64,000 nt of DNA, taken from positions 4,345 through 68,344 of IMG/VR virus record IMGVR_UViG_3300020577_002532; one strand, given 5' to 3'. Position numbers and translations under genes: made by a program. The stretch's first letter is position 1; each line of letters starts with the position of its first letter. The notes below the pieces were generated by a model. The model was given only the letters and a program-made list of their open reading frames with translations, was not told the DNA's origin and searched no databases. Source of the DNA: a virus (Duplodnaviria; Caudoviricetes). Below, piece after piece: positions 17,810-27,647 of the stretch.

Positions 17810-17820
17810 GGAGTTGAACG

Positions 17821-18633
17821 ATGTCCACGGTGAAGATTGACCGGATAGAAGACCTGAACGTCACCGAGAAGTATGGTGCGCTGCAATCCCTCACCAGAAG
17901 GTTTGTTGTTTCCGGGTTAACCAGGTCCGACTACAGGGCCACCCTTGATGCACTGACGGCAACAGGGATTCCTGTGAATGGGGATGCCCTTACGGGCGGA
18001 ACCAACCTGATTTGTTCTGGACGTTCGGTCACGATGTTGGACAAGGATATAGCCTTGGTGGACGTCCAGTATGAACATTACCATAGCCCGGGCCAGAATT
18101 TTGATTCTCCTCCAGTGGGTGTTTTCACGGGAGAGTTGAGAGTCAATATCCAACAGGTCAATACGGACATGGATGAGAACGGGGAGCAAATTGTTCTCAG
18201 CCATACCTATCCGGCAACGGACCCAGACTATGCTGGGCAGACCAAGGAACAGACCGGTGAAATTCAAGTCTTTGTTCCCCAACGGACGATGATGTACCAA
18301 GGGATAAAGCAAACCGAAACGCCTTGGTTGATTGCCAATCAGGTCGTGGGGCGGGTAAACAGCGTTGCTTTCAGCGGTGGGGCGGTGCGGACTTGGATGT
18401 GTACGGGCTGCACTTGGAAGCTCCACGACGCCACGGCATACTCCAACCGGTATTACATGAGCTTTGAATTCCAGTACAACGAAGATACTTGGGACCCAAC
18501 AGCCCGATTCATCGATGACCGAACTGATAGGCCCCCAAAGGACTTGGTGGAGGGAACAGGGTACAAGACGATCAAGTGGCACCCAGAGGTAGATTTTGAG
18601 AACACTATTGGGACAACCCTTCAGGGAGGTTAG
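17821..18633 (+). CDS. Tail tip protein (distal-tail position)
   Basis: Directly after TMP; beta-rich; no specific family recognised. Confidence 0.6.
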   Translation: MSTVKIDRIEDLNVTEKYGALQSLTRRFVVSGLTRSDYRATLDALTATGIPVNGDALTGGTNLICSGRSVTMLDKDIALVDVQYEHYHSPGQNFDSPPVGVFTGELRVNIQQVNTDMDENGEQIVLSHTYPATDPDYAGQTKEQTGEIQVFVPQRTMMYQGIKQTETPWLIANQVVGRVNSVAFSGGAVRTWMCTGCTWKLHDATAYSNRYYMSFEFQYNEDTWDPTARFIDDRTDRPPKDLVEGTGYKTIKWHPEVDFENTIGTTLQGG

Positions 18634-18635
18634 GA

Positions 18636-21600
18636 ATGGCTAACCAAGGCGGTTTAGACCTCCCACCTGACTTTCGCCCGGGCATGGCGTTGTCCGCCTC
18701 AGACCTCAACAAAATTACTTCCCAGTTAATCACCCGGTTGACGGTTGGGGAAGGGTTGGAGTTGCGTTCCTTTGGCGGACGGATATTGTTGTCTCTGTCT
18801 GGGAATGTCCCAAGGTCCCAAGTCGTCATTCGTCAGTTTGTGGTGGTGTCCGCTGAAGACGATTATCTGGTTTGCCACTACCTTGACCAAGACGTTGAAG
18901 GGACTGAGGCTGTAAACGTAGCCAAGGAATGGTTATTGCGAAGGACTCCGTTTGATGGGCAGACTCGCAATAGCATTTCCTATGCCTACACCGATAGTTC
19001 CACCCGGACGGCTTCCAAGTCCGGGGAGACGGACATCACGGAAAAGATCACCCCAAGCTTCCAAGTGGGGGATGTAATCCTTGGAGTCCGGGGTTCCAAG
19101 GGTGGTATTGGAGTTGAGGATTGTGAGTGGTTCCAAGTACCAGATGGGAGGAAGTGGGCTGAGGAATGTGATGATGTAGGCCCGCAAGGCCCCCAGGGAG
19201 CCCAAGGTTATCAAGGCACCCAGGGTTATCGTGGTGTTCAAGGCTACCAGGGCGCCCAAGGCACCCAGGGTTATCGTGGTGTTCAAGGCTACCAGGGCAC
19301 CCAAGGCACCCAAGGAAAACAGGGTGCCCAGGGAACACAAGGTAACCAGGGAGATCAAGGTGACCAAGGCTACCAGGGAACACAAGGTAACCAGGGAGAT
19401 CAAGGTGACCAAGGCCACCAAGGTTACCAAGGTGTTCAAGGCGATAAAGGCATCCAGGGTGATCCGGGAGGTCCCCAAGGTTACCAGGGTGACCAAGGCG
19501 ACCAGGGTACGCAAGGAACCCAAGGTCATCAGGGTGACCAGGGTACGCAAGGCAACCAAGGCGACCAGGGTACGCAAGGAACCCAAGGCCATCAAGGCGA
19601 CCAAGGCTACCAAGGCGACCAGGGTGACCAGGGCACCCCGGGAGAATCCACCGGTCAAATTCTTTACTTCCACCATGAGGAATCTGAGGACCCTGCTGGG
19701 TATGAGGGCTTATATCCTGTTCCATCTTTCTCTGAAGAGGATGATGAGTCCGTTGAAGTTTCTTCCGCCACGGGAGAGGTGTTGATTGATTCCTATATCA
19801 CACACACTGGATACCCGGGAACAGAAATCATCAAGGCTGGATTCTGGATTTTCTCAGCCTACACTTATGTGAACAACTCTGGCGGAACAACTCAATTGGT
19901 ATTCCGGGTTTACAAGTATTCTTCCTTGGGGGTTGAAACCGAATTATTCAATGTGACTTCTGTGGACATAGACAACACCTCCGTGGCCCTGAAAGAAATC
20001 ACCTACACACAGGCCTCAGATATTGTATTGGATGCCACGGATAGATTGGTAATCAAGGTCTATGGTAAGACGGACTCCGTTGCGGCCAAGAACGTCCACT
20101 TTGTCTATGAGGGGAGTGTAAATACCTCCCACGTCAAAACTACGTTGTATGTTACGGGTGTTACAGGTCCCCAGGGAGCCCAGGGAGATCAAGGGGATCA
20201 GGGTACTCAGGGTGCCCAAGGAACCCAAGGCCATCAAGGCGACCAAGGAACCCAAGGAAATCAAGGCCACCAAGGCAATCAAGGCAATCAAGGCGACCAG
20301 GGTGATCAAGGAACCCAGGGCACGCAAGGTCCCCAGGGAGATCAAGGCGCGCAGGGGGCTGACTCGATTGTCCCCGGACCTCAAGGTGCTCAGGGGGCCA
20401 CTGGTGTTGCCGGATTGACGTTCAGTGGAACATGGCTACCTAACTTCACCTACTATCAACGGGATACGGTGTACCACGAAGGTTCATCATATTATTGTAT
20501 CGCAGTTTCTTCCTACAACGAAACGCCCAGCCCTGAGAGCGAGGTCTGGGCCGTCCTGGCTCTTGAAGGCGCACAAGGTGCCCAAGGAGACCAGGGGGCA
20601 ACCGGACAAGATTCCGCTGTCCCAGGTCCCCAGGGTGACCAGGGTGCCCAGGGTGCACAAGGGGACCAGGGTGACCAGGGGTACGATGGAGTCCAGGGTG
20701 ATCAGGGGTACCAGGGCGGAGAAGGCGCACAAGGTCCGCAAGGAACCCAAGGTCCGCAAGGTGCTGATTCCACTGTCCCAGGTCCCCAGGGTGATCAGGG
20801 AGATCAAGGAACCCAGGGCGTGCAAGGAACTCAAGGGGACGCCGGAACCCAAGGCCCGCAGGGAGACCAGGGTGCCCAGGGAGAGGGCGGTGGTGGCGTA
20901 ACCTGGGTGACCAAGACCACCACCTATACGGCTGAAGCTGGCGATGGGATTTTAGCCGATACCTCTGGCGGGGCTTGGACACTTACTCTTCCTCCCACTC
21001 CCACAGATGGCGATGAAGTCCAAATCCTTGATACCAAAGGAACCTTCCGCACTTACAATCTGACTCTTGGGAGGAATGGTTCCAAGATCCAGGGGGTTGA
21101 AGCGGACTTTGTTTTGGACGCGGATGACGCTGCGGTGCGCCTGATATACTCTGGCGCCACTGACGGCTGGAAGATATTTGATCTTGATGTTGTTGGAAGT
21201 TCCATGGGATTGCCCACAGCCTCCCGTGGTCTGATTGACGGTTTGATCCTGAGCAACGCGGCAGACGCCGATCACGACATCACGATTGCAGCCGGTGTGG
21301 CGCGGGACTCCACGGATGCCTACACGATGGGTCTGGCTGCGGCAATCACCAAGCAAATCGACGCAAGCTGGGCGGCTGGCAACAATGCCGGTGGATTGGA
21401 TACCGGCGCAGTTGGCAATTCGACTTGGTATCACGTTTGGTTGATACGCAAGGACTCAGACGGTTCCATTGATGCTCTGTTCTCCACGTCTGCGACTGCG
21501 CCCACGATGCCCGCTGGGTACAGTTACAAGCGCAGGATCGGTTCGGTGTTGACGAATGGGTCTGCGAATCTGATTGCGTTCTATCAGTCAGGAAACAAGT

Positions 21601-21968
21601 TCCTATGGAAGGCATCGGTGTTCGATGTTAATGCTGGAGCCATAAATAATGCAGCCTTGGCGACAACCTTGACAGTTCCTACCGGAGTTATGGTGTGGCC
21701 TTTCTTCTGCGCAACGGTACTTAAAGCCGCCGCTACTCCGTCGATGGCTGTTGCATCACCGAATGTAAACGATGAAGACCCCAACGTAATAGTAAGCGCC
21801 GGAATGGTATATACAGCCACTGCCGGAGGTGTTGGCTTCACCATTCGTGATCAGCAGAATTTACAGACGAACACGAGTGCTCAACTGCGGTTTTTCGCCA
21901 GTGCTGCGGGTTGTTCGTATTACGTGCGAACCTACGGTTGGATCGACCCCAGAGGGCGTGACGCATGA
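18636..21968 (+). CDS. Collagen-like tail fibre / receptor-binding protein
   Basis: Three (Gly-X-Gln)n blocks, a CBM5/12-like WLPNFTYYQRDTVYHEGSSYYC segment, a T4 gp9/10-like TTTYTAEAGD..ADTSGGAWTLTLP domain and a C-terminal beta domain. Confidence 0.85.
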   Translation: MANQGGLDLPPDFRPGMALSASDLNKITSQLITRLTVGEGLELRSFGGRILLSLSGNVPRSQVVIRQFVVVSAEDDYLVCHYLDQDVEGTEAVNVAKEWLLRRTPFDGQTRNSISYAYTDSSTRTASKSGETDITEKITPSFQVGDVILGVRGSKGGIGVEDCEWFQVPDGRKWAEECDDVGPQGPQGAQGYQGTQGYRGVQGYQGAQGTQGYRGVQGYQGTQGTQGKQGAQGTQGNQGDQGDQGYQGTQGNQGDQGDQGHQGYQGVQGDKGIQGDPGGPQGYQGDQGDQGTQGTQGHQGDQGTQGNQGDQGTQGTQGHQGDQGYQGDQGDQGTPGESTGQILYFHHEESEDPAGYEGLYPVPSFSEEDDESVEVSSATGEVLIDSYITHTGYPGTEIIKAGFWIFSAYTYVNNSGGTTQLVFRVYKYSSLGVETELFNVTSVDIDNTSVALKEITYTQASDIVLDATDRLVIKVYGKTDSVAAKNVHFVYEGSVNTSHVKTTLYVTGVTGPQGAQGDQGDQGTQGAQGTQGHQGDQGTQGNQGHQGNQGNQGDQGDQGTQGTQGPQGDQGAQGADSIVPGPQGAQGATGVAGLTFSGTWLPNFTYYQRDTVYHEGSSYYCIAVSSYNETPSPESEVWAVLALEGAQGAQGDQGATGQDSAVPGPQGDQGAQGAQGDQGDQGYDGVQGDQGYQGGEGAQGPQGTQGPQGADSTVPGPQGDQGDQGTQGVQGTQGDAGTQGPQGDQGAQGEGGGGVTWVTKTTTYTAEAGDGILADTSGGAWTLTLPPTPTDGDEVQILDTKGTFRTYNLTLGRNGSKIQGVEADFVLDADDAAVRLIYSGATDGWKIFDLDVVGSSMGLPTASRGLIDGLILSNAADADHDITIAAGVARDSTDAYTMGLAAAITKQIDASWAAGNNAGGLDTGAVGNSTWYHVWLIRKDSDGSIDALFSTSATAPTMPAGYSYKRRIGSVLTNGSANLIAFYQSGNKFLWKASVFDVNAGAINNAALATTLTVPTGVMVWPFFCATVLKAAATPSMAVASPNVNDEDPNVIVSAGMVYTATAGGVGFTIRDQQNLQTNTSAQLRFFASAAGCSYYVRTYGWIDPRGRDA
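19179..19643 (+). repeat. Collagen-coding tandem repeat block 1 (GXQ)
   Basis: 9-nt periodic CAAGGNNNN / CAGGGNNNN units. Confidence 0.9.
20157..20414 (+). repeat. Collagen-coding tandem repeat block 2
   Basis: GXQ triplets. Confidence 0.9.
20568..20883 (+). repeat. Collagen-coding tandem repeat block 3
   Basis: GXQ triplets. Confidence 0.9.
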
Positions 21969-22750
21969 CCGTACTCAGCACTTTACTCGGCGGCAATCGC
22001 GCATTCGGCAGGGGATATATCGACGGCCTGATCCTCGCCAACGGGACGGATGCCGACCATGACATCAACATCGCCGCTGGCGAGGCCAGAGACAGCACGA
22101 ACACGTACAATCTGATCAACACCGCAACGCTGGTCAAGCAGATTGACGCGGCATGGGCGGCAGGTTCGGCGGCTGGCGGTTTGTTCTCCGGTTCAGTTGG
22201 GAACGCGACTTGGTATCACGTCTTCTTAATTCGCAAGGATTCAGATGGGACGATTGACGCTGGGTTTGACACTTCTGTCACTGCCGCGAATAAACCCGCT
22301 GGATACTCCACATATAGGCGCATCGGGAGCGTGCTGACGAATGGATCAGCCGCCAACATTCTGGCGTTCAGTCAAATGGGTAATCAATTCTTGTGGAAGG
22401 TCGGAATCACCGATGTTAATGCCGCCGCGATTACCAATTCTGCTACACTGTATACGTTGAGCGTTCCTCTTGGGGTAAAAACATTACCTGTCATTACAAC
22501 ACAAGTTGCAAAAGGTGCAAATGTGATAGTCTATTGGAGTTCTCCGGATGTTACAGATTCAGCGGCCAGCCAACCCAATGTCACATCATATCAAATCAAT
22601 GGTCAAGGTGTTGACCCAACATGGCATAAAGGTCCAACGTCACTGAGAACAAATACAAGTAGCCAAATCAGGGGCAGAACAGACACCGCAGCGTGTACGG
22701 CATACGTATACACGCAGGGCTGGATCGACCCAAGAGGAAAAGATTCATAG
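21965..22750 (+). CDS. Stand-alone paralogue of the fibre C-terminal domain
   Basis: Shares IDGLIL..DADHDI.IAAG.ARDST, TWYHV.LIRKDSDG, RRIGSVLTNGS and GWIDPRG with the fibre C-terminus. Confidence 0.85.
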   Translation: MTVLSTLLGGNRAFGRGYIDGLILANGTDADHDINIAAGEARDSTNTYNLINTATLVKQIDAAWAAGSAAGGLFSGSVGNATWYHVFLIRKDSDGTIDAGFDTSVTAANKPAGYSTYRRIGSVLTNGSAANILAFSQMGNQFLWKVGITDVNAAAITNSATLYTLSVPLGVKTLPVITTQVAKGANVIVYWSSPDVTDSAASQPNVTSYQINGQGVDPTWHKGPTSLRTNTSSQIRGRTDTAACTAYVYTQGWIDPRGKDS

Positions 22751-22759
22751 GAGAAGAAC

Positions 22760-23086
22760 ATGGCAGAGATCAGATGGGTGGACCGTGACGCGGAGGGCAA
22801 GATCAAGGGCCACTACGCCAGAAAGCAGGACTGGCACAAGGCGGAAGACTTCGTCACCGAAGACTCAGCCGAATTGTTGGCCTTTGACGCAGAGATGAAG
22901 GCCCAACAAGAGGCGGATCAGAAAGCAGCGAAGGATAAGGATGCCTTAATCGGCAAGCTGTCTACCGATGTGGCCTCCTTGACAGCAGAACTGACCTCCG
23001 CACAAACGAAACTGTCTGCCCTGGATAAGCTACAGGCGGATGTGGAAGCCCTGAAGGCGTCCAAAAGGGACATGATAGTACGATAA
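22760..23086 (+). CDS. Fibre assembly chaperone-like coiled-coil protein
   Basis: Follows the fibre genes; heptad-rich C-terminal half; AGGAG RBS. Confidence 0.5.
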   Translation: MAEIRWVDRDAEGKIKGHYARKQDWHKAEDFVTEDSAELLAFDAEMKAQQEADQKAAKDKDALIGKLSTDVASLTAELTSAQTKLSALDKLQADVEALKASKRDMIVR

Positions 23087-23108
23087 TAAAGCAAGAGGAG
23101 GATTTACC

Positions 23109-24608
23109 GTGAAAAAGTCTGGATCTGAAGGATGTACTGGAGCACCTGGGACGCCTGGCCACCCTGGTCCTTCCCCAACTCTCAAGGGTTGGAGGCCTGG
23201 GCATTCTCCAGAACCATCCTGGTGGAAGGATTGTAAAGGGTGTCAATGTTGTGGAGGTTTTACAGACCCCGGCAGACCAAAAGAATGCAGAGAAAAACCC
23301 AGACGGGATTTGATTGAGCCTGGTCATTCTGGCGACACAGGACCCAAGGGTGAGCGTGGACCCTTTGGGTGTCACCCTGGGATGGTGAGCGTCATTATCC
23401 CAACCCATGACCCCAAGTACCTCCGGGAGACTCTGGAGTCAGTCGCTCAACAGACGGCCAAGAGTTTTGAAGTGTTGATTGCCCCCAACGGGAAGAAGGC
23501 CTGTGAGGTTGGTACCTTTGAGAAGATGTGTGAGGAGGTCTTCAAGGAGCGTCCAGACATCGGTTGGAGAGTGGTCCCACTGAAAGCCTCTGGGAAGGTT
23601 GGGGCGGTGAAGCATGAGGCTTTCTCCCAAGCGGGAGGGGATTGGCTTCTGGAACTGGATCATGACGACAAACTGTTCCCAACATGCGTCCAGAGGGTGG
23701 AGGAGGTGGGTGAGAAGAATCCTGAGGCCACCATGCTCTACTCAGATTGCCACTACAATGGGAAGTGGCATCCTTGGAGTGCCCTCTATGGGTGGACCTA
23801 TTACGACTTGCCCGATGGGAGAAAAGTGAACGTTGCTCCCCCACCGTTGCCCCAGAACCTGAGCCGGATTTACTATGGGCCTGATCACGTCCGGGTTTAC
23901 AATGCGGACTGGTACCATAGGGTTGGGGGCCACGATGCTTCCCTGGCCATAGCGGACGACCACGATATGACCTGTCGGGCATGGTTGGGAGGCCCCATGG
24001 TTCATATCCCGGAATGCCTGTATGAATACCGGGTACACGAGAAACAGACTTCCAAGGAGAAGTTCCAAGCCATCCAAGATACTCAATGGGCGGTTTATTT
24101 CCGCCACATAGAACGAATGGCCTTGGAATGGTCCCGCAGGGAAGGCCTGTTGTCCTTGGACTTGGGGGCCCAGTTCAATCCAAGGAAGGGCTTCATTTCC
24201 GTGGACCTCCAAGGAGCCCAGATCACTGCGGACCTCCGGGGGAAATGGCCCTTTGGGGATAACTCCTGTGGGTGTATCCGGGCGGCTGATATCTTTGAAC
24301 ACCTCCCAGACTCCATCAATACGATGAATGAGGCCTGGAGATGTTTGAAGCATGGGGGCTTCCTCATGATCCGTGTTCCCAGTACGGATGGGCGTGCGGC
24401 TTTCCGGGACCCAACGCATGTCTCCTTCTGGAACCTTGAGTCCTTCTGGTACTACACCAAGACCAAGTACCGGAAATACATCCCAGCCTTCCATGGACGG
24501 TTCCAGAACGTCTGGACCTCCAACATTACCATAGACGGGATACCCTACGTGGAGGCCCATCTGTTGGCGTTGAAGGATGGTCCCAGATTCTACGGCTTGG
24601 AGGAGTAA
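23109..24608 (+). CDS. GT2 glycosyltransferase + class I SAM methyltransferase fusion with Gly/Pro/Cys-rich N-terminus
   Basis: VSVIIPTHD, WLLELDHDD (DxD) and ADDHD in the GT2 part; LDLGA, ADIFEHL and RCLKHGG in the MTase part. AAGAGGAGG RBS before GTG 23109. Confidence 0.88.
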   Translation: MKKSGSEGCTGAPGTPGHPGPSPTLKGWRPGHSPEPSWWKDCKGCQCCGGFTDPGRPKECREKPRRDLIEPGHSGDTGPKGERGPFGCHPGMVSVIIPTHDPKYLRETLESVAQQTAKSFEVLIAPNGKKACEVGTFEKMCEEVFKERPDIGWRVVPLKASGKVGAVKHEAFSQAGGDWLLELDHDDKLFPTCVQRVEEVGEKNPEATMLYSDCHYNGKWHPWSALYGWTYYDLPDGRKVNVAPPPLPQNLSRIYYGPDHVRVYNADWYHRVGGHDASLAIADDHDMTCRAWLGGPMVHIPECLYEYRVHEKQTSKEKFQAIQDTQWAVYFRHIERMALEWSRREGLLSLDLGAQFNPRKGFISVDLQGAQITADLRGKWPFGDNSCGCIRAADIFEHLPDSINTMNEAWRCLKHGGFLMIRVPSTDGRAAFRDPTHVSFWNLESFWYYTKTKYRKYIPAFHGRFQNVWTSNITIDGIPYVEAHLLALKDGPRFYGLEE

Positions 24609-25654
24609 TGGGATCCAAGTTTGACTCCCACTGGCGGAATATCCGCTTTGATACGTTGAAGCGTAGGGATGCTTTTGATACCTTTGGAATGCCTCCTCTG
24701 GTTCCTCCCACTTTGGTTTTGGTGGGTGGTTTGTTTACGCTATTCCAAGGTAGTATCAACTATTTGACTTCATGGAATGAGTCCCTGTATGCTTGGGCCG
24801 CCAATGGGGTTTTTAACAACCGAGTGACTTGTATTATGTATCACCCAACTATGAATGCTATCATAGTGGGAGGTTGGTTCACTACGGTCAACGGGGTAAA
24901 TACTGGTCGTCTTGTTCAAACGACAGATGGGGTGAATTTCACCTCTTTGAATTGGGATGCTTCTTGGCAGAATCCAGGTAGAATTATTTTGAAGGGAAAT
25001 GACTTTGTGGTTCTTCATGGGGACTATTCCCCACAACCCCCAAGAGTATACTCTGGTGGATCTTGGTCTCAACTGGGAACGTCTTCTTGGAGGTATTATC
25101 TATACAGCTCTTTGAATATGGGTTTGGTTTATCTTGGGAGTGATATTCTTGCCTGTGGTTACGATGGATACAATTACAGATACGGTTTCAGCGTATGGAA
25201 TAGTGGGTATTGGCGGGACATAGCCATTTTGTATGAAGTGGGATATGATGTTATTTTATACAATGGAGAACCCTATTGTTCCTCCAATGAATACATGAGG
25301 AAATGGTTGGGGACTTATGGAGGCTCAGCGGCTGATTTTGGTCCGTCTTTGGGGAATGTAGTAGCCTACCAACTGATTGAATTTGATGGGCTGATAATTG
25401 GGCGTTGCCAAGGTTCTCCATACCTTGTGAGTACAGATGGCTCATCTCCTTGGGCAACCTATGCGGGCGGCACAAATGGCCCCATTACAGCCATGGCCGT
25501 CATCAACAACAGGTTGTACATCGTTGGGACTTTTACAACGGTGGGAAGTCCTGCCGTGGCCGCTGTCAACGCTGCTTATTATGATGGGACGGCTTGGCAC
25601 GCCATGGGCACAGGTCCTTCTGGGCCATACGCAGTTGGAGGAAGAGCACCATGA
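24608..25654 (+). CDS. Beta-propeller-like virion protein
   Basis: Repeated VGG.FT / VGTFT motifs; Trp/Tyr/Gly-rich. Confidence 0.6.
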   Translation: MGSKFDSHWRNIRFDTLKRRDAFDTFGMPPLVPPTLVLVGGLFTLFQGSINYLTSWNESLYAWAANGVFNNRVTCIMYHPTMNAIIVGGWFTTVNGVNTGRLVQTTDGVNFTSLNWDASWQNPGRIILKGNDFVVLHGDYSPQPPRVYSGGSWSQLGTSSWRYYLYSSLNMGLVYLGSDILACGYDGYNYRYGFSVWNSGYWRDIAILYEVGYDVILYNGEPYCSSNEYMRKWLGTYGGSAADFGPSLGNVVAYQLIEFDGLIIGRCQGSPYLVSTDGSSPWATYAGGTNGPITAMAVINNRLYIVGTFTTVGSPAVAAVNAAYYDGTAWHAMGTGPSGPYAVGGRAP

Positions 25655-26160
25655 ACCTAACCATTACCAATACCTCAGAAGGCGTCTGGACCTTCTCATG
25701 GGATGCTGATTCGGGAGTGTCCTATGAGGTCTGGTTGGATGGAGTCCTTCTGACTACCACGACGGATGGGGAATACATTTGTTCCTATCCCGGGTACATC
25801 TCTTCCCCACCACCTTTGGAGATTGTCCAAAGCCCAGCTGAGAGTGAGTTGTTTCCTCCCCATCTCCTTCTCCAATGGAGACGGGTGGCGAATGCCTCAG
25901 CCTACAAGGTGGAGGAAAGTGTATCTGGGGTTTGGATTCAACGCCGAATCATCATGGACCTTGGAGAGGAATACTTCAAGTTCCAGACAGGACCTTTGGA
26001 GGACGGGAGCACAGCCCTTTGGAGGGTGAGCGCCTTGGATACCCAAGGGGATGCTGGGACTTCTGTAGGCTTCTCCGTTCTCATTTGTCGCAATCCCCCA
26101 GAACCAGATGTGGACATGGCTTATGGTTCTGATGGGTTGCTTACCATAAGTGAGGGCTAA
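25651..26160 (+). CDS. Ig/Fn3-like virion protein
   Basis: WTFSWDA..YEVWLDG, LQWRRVANASAYKVE and WRVSALD are Fn3-like patterns. Confidence 0.55.
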   Translation: MNLTITNTSEGVWTFSWDADSGVSYEVWLDGVLLTTTTDGEYICSYPGYISSPPPLEIVQSPAESELFPPHLLLQWRRVANASAYKVEESVSGVWIQRRIIMDLGEEYFKFQTGPLEDGSTALWRVSALDTQGDAGTSVGFSVLICRNPPEPDVDMAYGSDGLLTISEG

Positions 26161-27636
26161 ATGGAACAGAACACTTGGTTTCATCGGTTGGGTATCTTCC
26201 TCACGGGAGGGACCTCCAACATAGACCCAGCGGCCAGTTTGGGTGGGGCGGCTTCTACGATTGAGTATCAGGAACTGGGAGCCCAGATCAACAACCCCAT
26301 CCCCGGGCTTCAGCTCCTCCGGGCCTTCTCTGAGAATGGGGAGGGCCAAGGGCTCATAACCGTAAATGGGGATGGGGACTTGGAGTACACTCCCCCGGGA
26401 GACGTAGCTGGGGAAGCCGTGGAGATAGCTGTAAATGAAACCAAGATTCTTCTGGGTGGGGAGGATTTGGTTAAGGCTGTGATGGTGAAGCGAGTAACCC
26501 GCACCTTGGGATTCCTTGGTCAAATGACGTTGGATCTTGTCCGGCGTGCGAATGGCGTCTTGGCCATGGGGAATCTCTCCAGCGCAGAAAGGACGGCTGG
26601 GAAGACCACCTACCGTTGTATCATCCTGAAGAACCAAGGGACCTTGGACTCACTGAGTCAATTGTCCCTCTGGGTCCCAGACAACGGCCCACAGGCCACC
26701 TACTCCTTGGGAGTGGAGGATGTGGATTCGGATGGGGCTGTCCAGACCATAGCGGATGAGGAGACGGCCCCCAGTGGGGTGGTCTTCCAAGAGGTCATGG
26801 GCGTCCTGAACGCTTTGGACATTGGGGAGATTCTACCCGGGGAAAGCGTGGGGCTTTGGATCAAGAAGGAATTCCCAGCTTCAGGAGTAGTGTCCTCCAA
26901 GGAGGTTGTGGACCTTGAGATTTTCGTTGGAGAGGAGGGGAGTGATGATAGCTCAACTGAGAGTTCCAAGGCGGGTGGGTTCAGTCGCTCACTGTTGGAA
27001 TTCTACAGAGTTGCAGATTCTAGTCTGGAGCGGTATGAATTGTACGTTGGTGAAGATCAAGCCCCAGACTTTCTTGCCTCAGACCAACCTGTCGTTACCT
27101 CCACAGGCCTTCCCTTCACCCATACTCTCACCCCACCGGCTTCTGGGACCACTCGTTTCCACTGCTGTGTGCGGAAGCGGAATCAATACGACCTGTTGAG
27201 CTTCAACCAAGGCTGTACCATCTTTGAGATTGATAGCGATGGGGCAGAAGAGTTGGGGCCGCTAACAGCCCCAGTCCGGGCCAAGGCTTTGTCCGCTCCC
27301 AGCAGTGGGGTTCTGGCCGCCGCATCGTATTTAGGGGTGGACCGATACCCACCTGACCGTTGGCAGGTATGGGCGAAGGAAGGCTCAGACCCTGTGCCGG
27401 GGGTGGATTCCCCGGTGTTAGATCAGGCTTTCTCAGAGTTACAGTTCCAGAGCCTGTTGGGGTCTTTGGGAGCGTTCACCCCGGGTTCAACCGTCCACGT
27501 CCTGATCGGTGTTACCCGGGATGAGGACGGAGAAGTTGCGACGGCTGCGGTTGTCCAACATGTTGTACCATTAGCAGATGCGTTGTCTGCTGATGACTCA
27601 GCGGTGTTTGGAGGTGGAGCTGGTCAAGGAGCCTGA
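26161..27636 (+). CDS. Virion structural protein, probably Ig-like
   Basis: LTGGTSNIDPAASLGG, YRCIILKN and GESVGLWIKK segments; acidic and beta-rich. Confidence 0.55.
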   Translation: MEQNTWFHRLGIFLTGGTSNIDPAASLGGAASTIEYQELGAQINNPIPGLQLLRAFSENGEGQGLITVNGDGDLEYTPPGDVAGEAVEIAVNETKILLGGEDLVKAVMVKRVTRTLGFLGQMTLDLVRRANGVLAMGNLSSAERTAGKTTYRCIILKNQGTLDSLSQLSLWVPDNGPQATYSLGVEDVDSDGAVQTIADEETAPSGVVFQEVMGVLNALDIGEILPGESVGLWIKKEFPASGVVSSKEVVDLEIFVGEEGSDDSSTESSKAGGFSRSLLEFYRVADSSLERYELYVGEDQAPDFLASDQPVVTSTGLPFTHTLTPPASGTTRFHCCVRKRNQYDLLSFNQGCTIFEIDSDGAEELGPLTAPVRAKALSAPSSGVLAAASYLGVDRYPPDRWQVWAKEGSDPVPGVDSPVLDQAFSELQFQSLLGSLGAFTPGSTVHVLIGVTRDEDGEVATAAVVQHVVPLADALSADDSAVFGGGAGQGA

Positions 27637-27647
27637 GGAGGCAAATC

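Noticed and set aside
19179-20883. Periodic repeats resembling a CRISPR array or VNTR
   Set aside because: The 9-nt period is in frame with Gly-X-Gln collagen coding, there are no unique spacers of constant length, and there are no cas genes.
21900-22750. Possible diversity-generating retroelement (similar 3' ends of two adjacent tip genes)
   Set aside because: The copies differ at all base types rather than only at adenines, both are intact coding genes, and no reverse transcriptase is present in the window.
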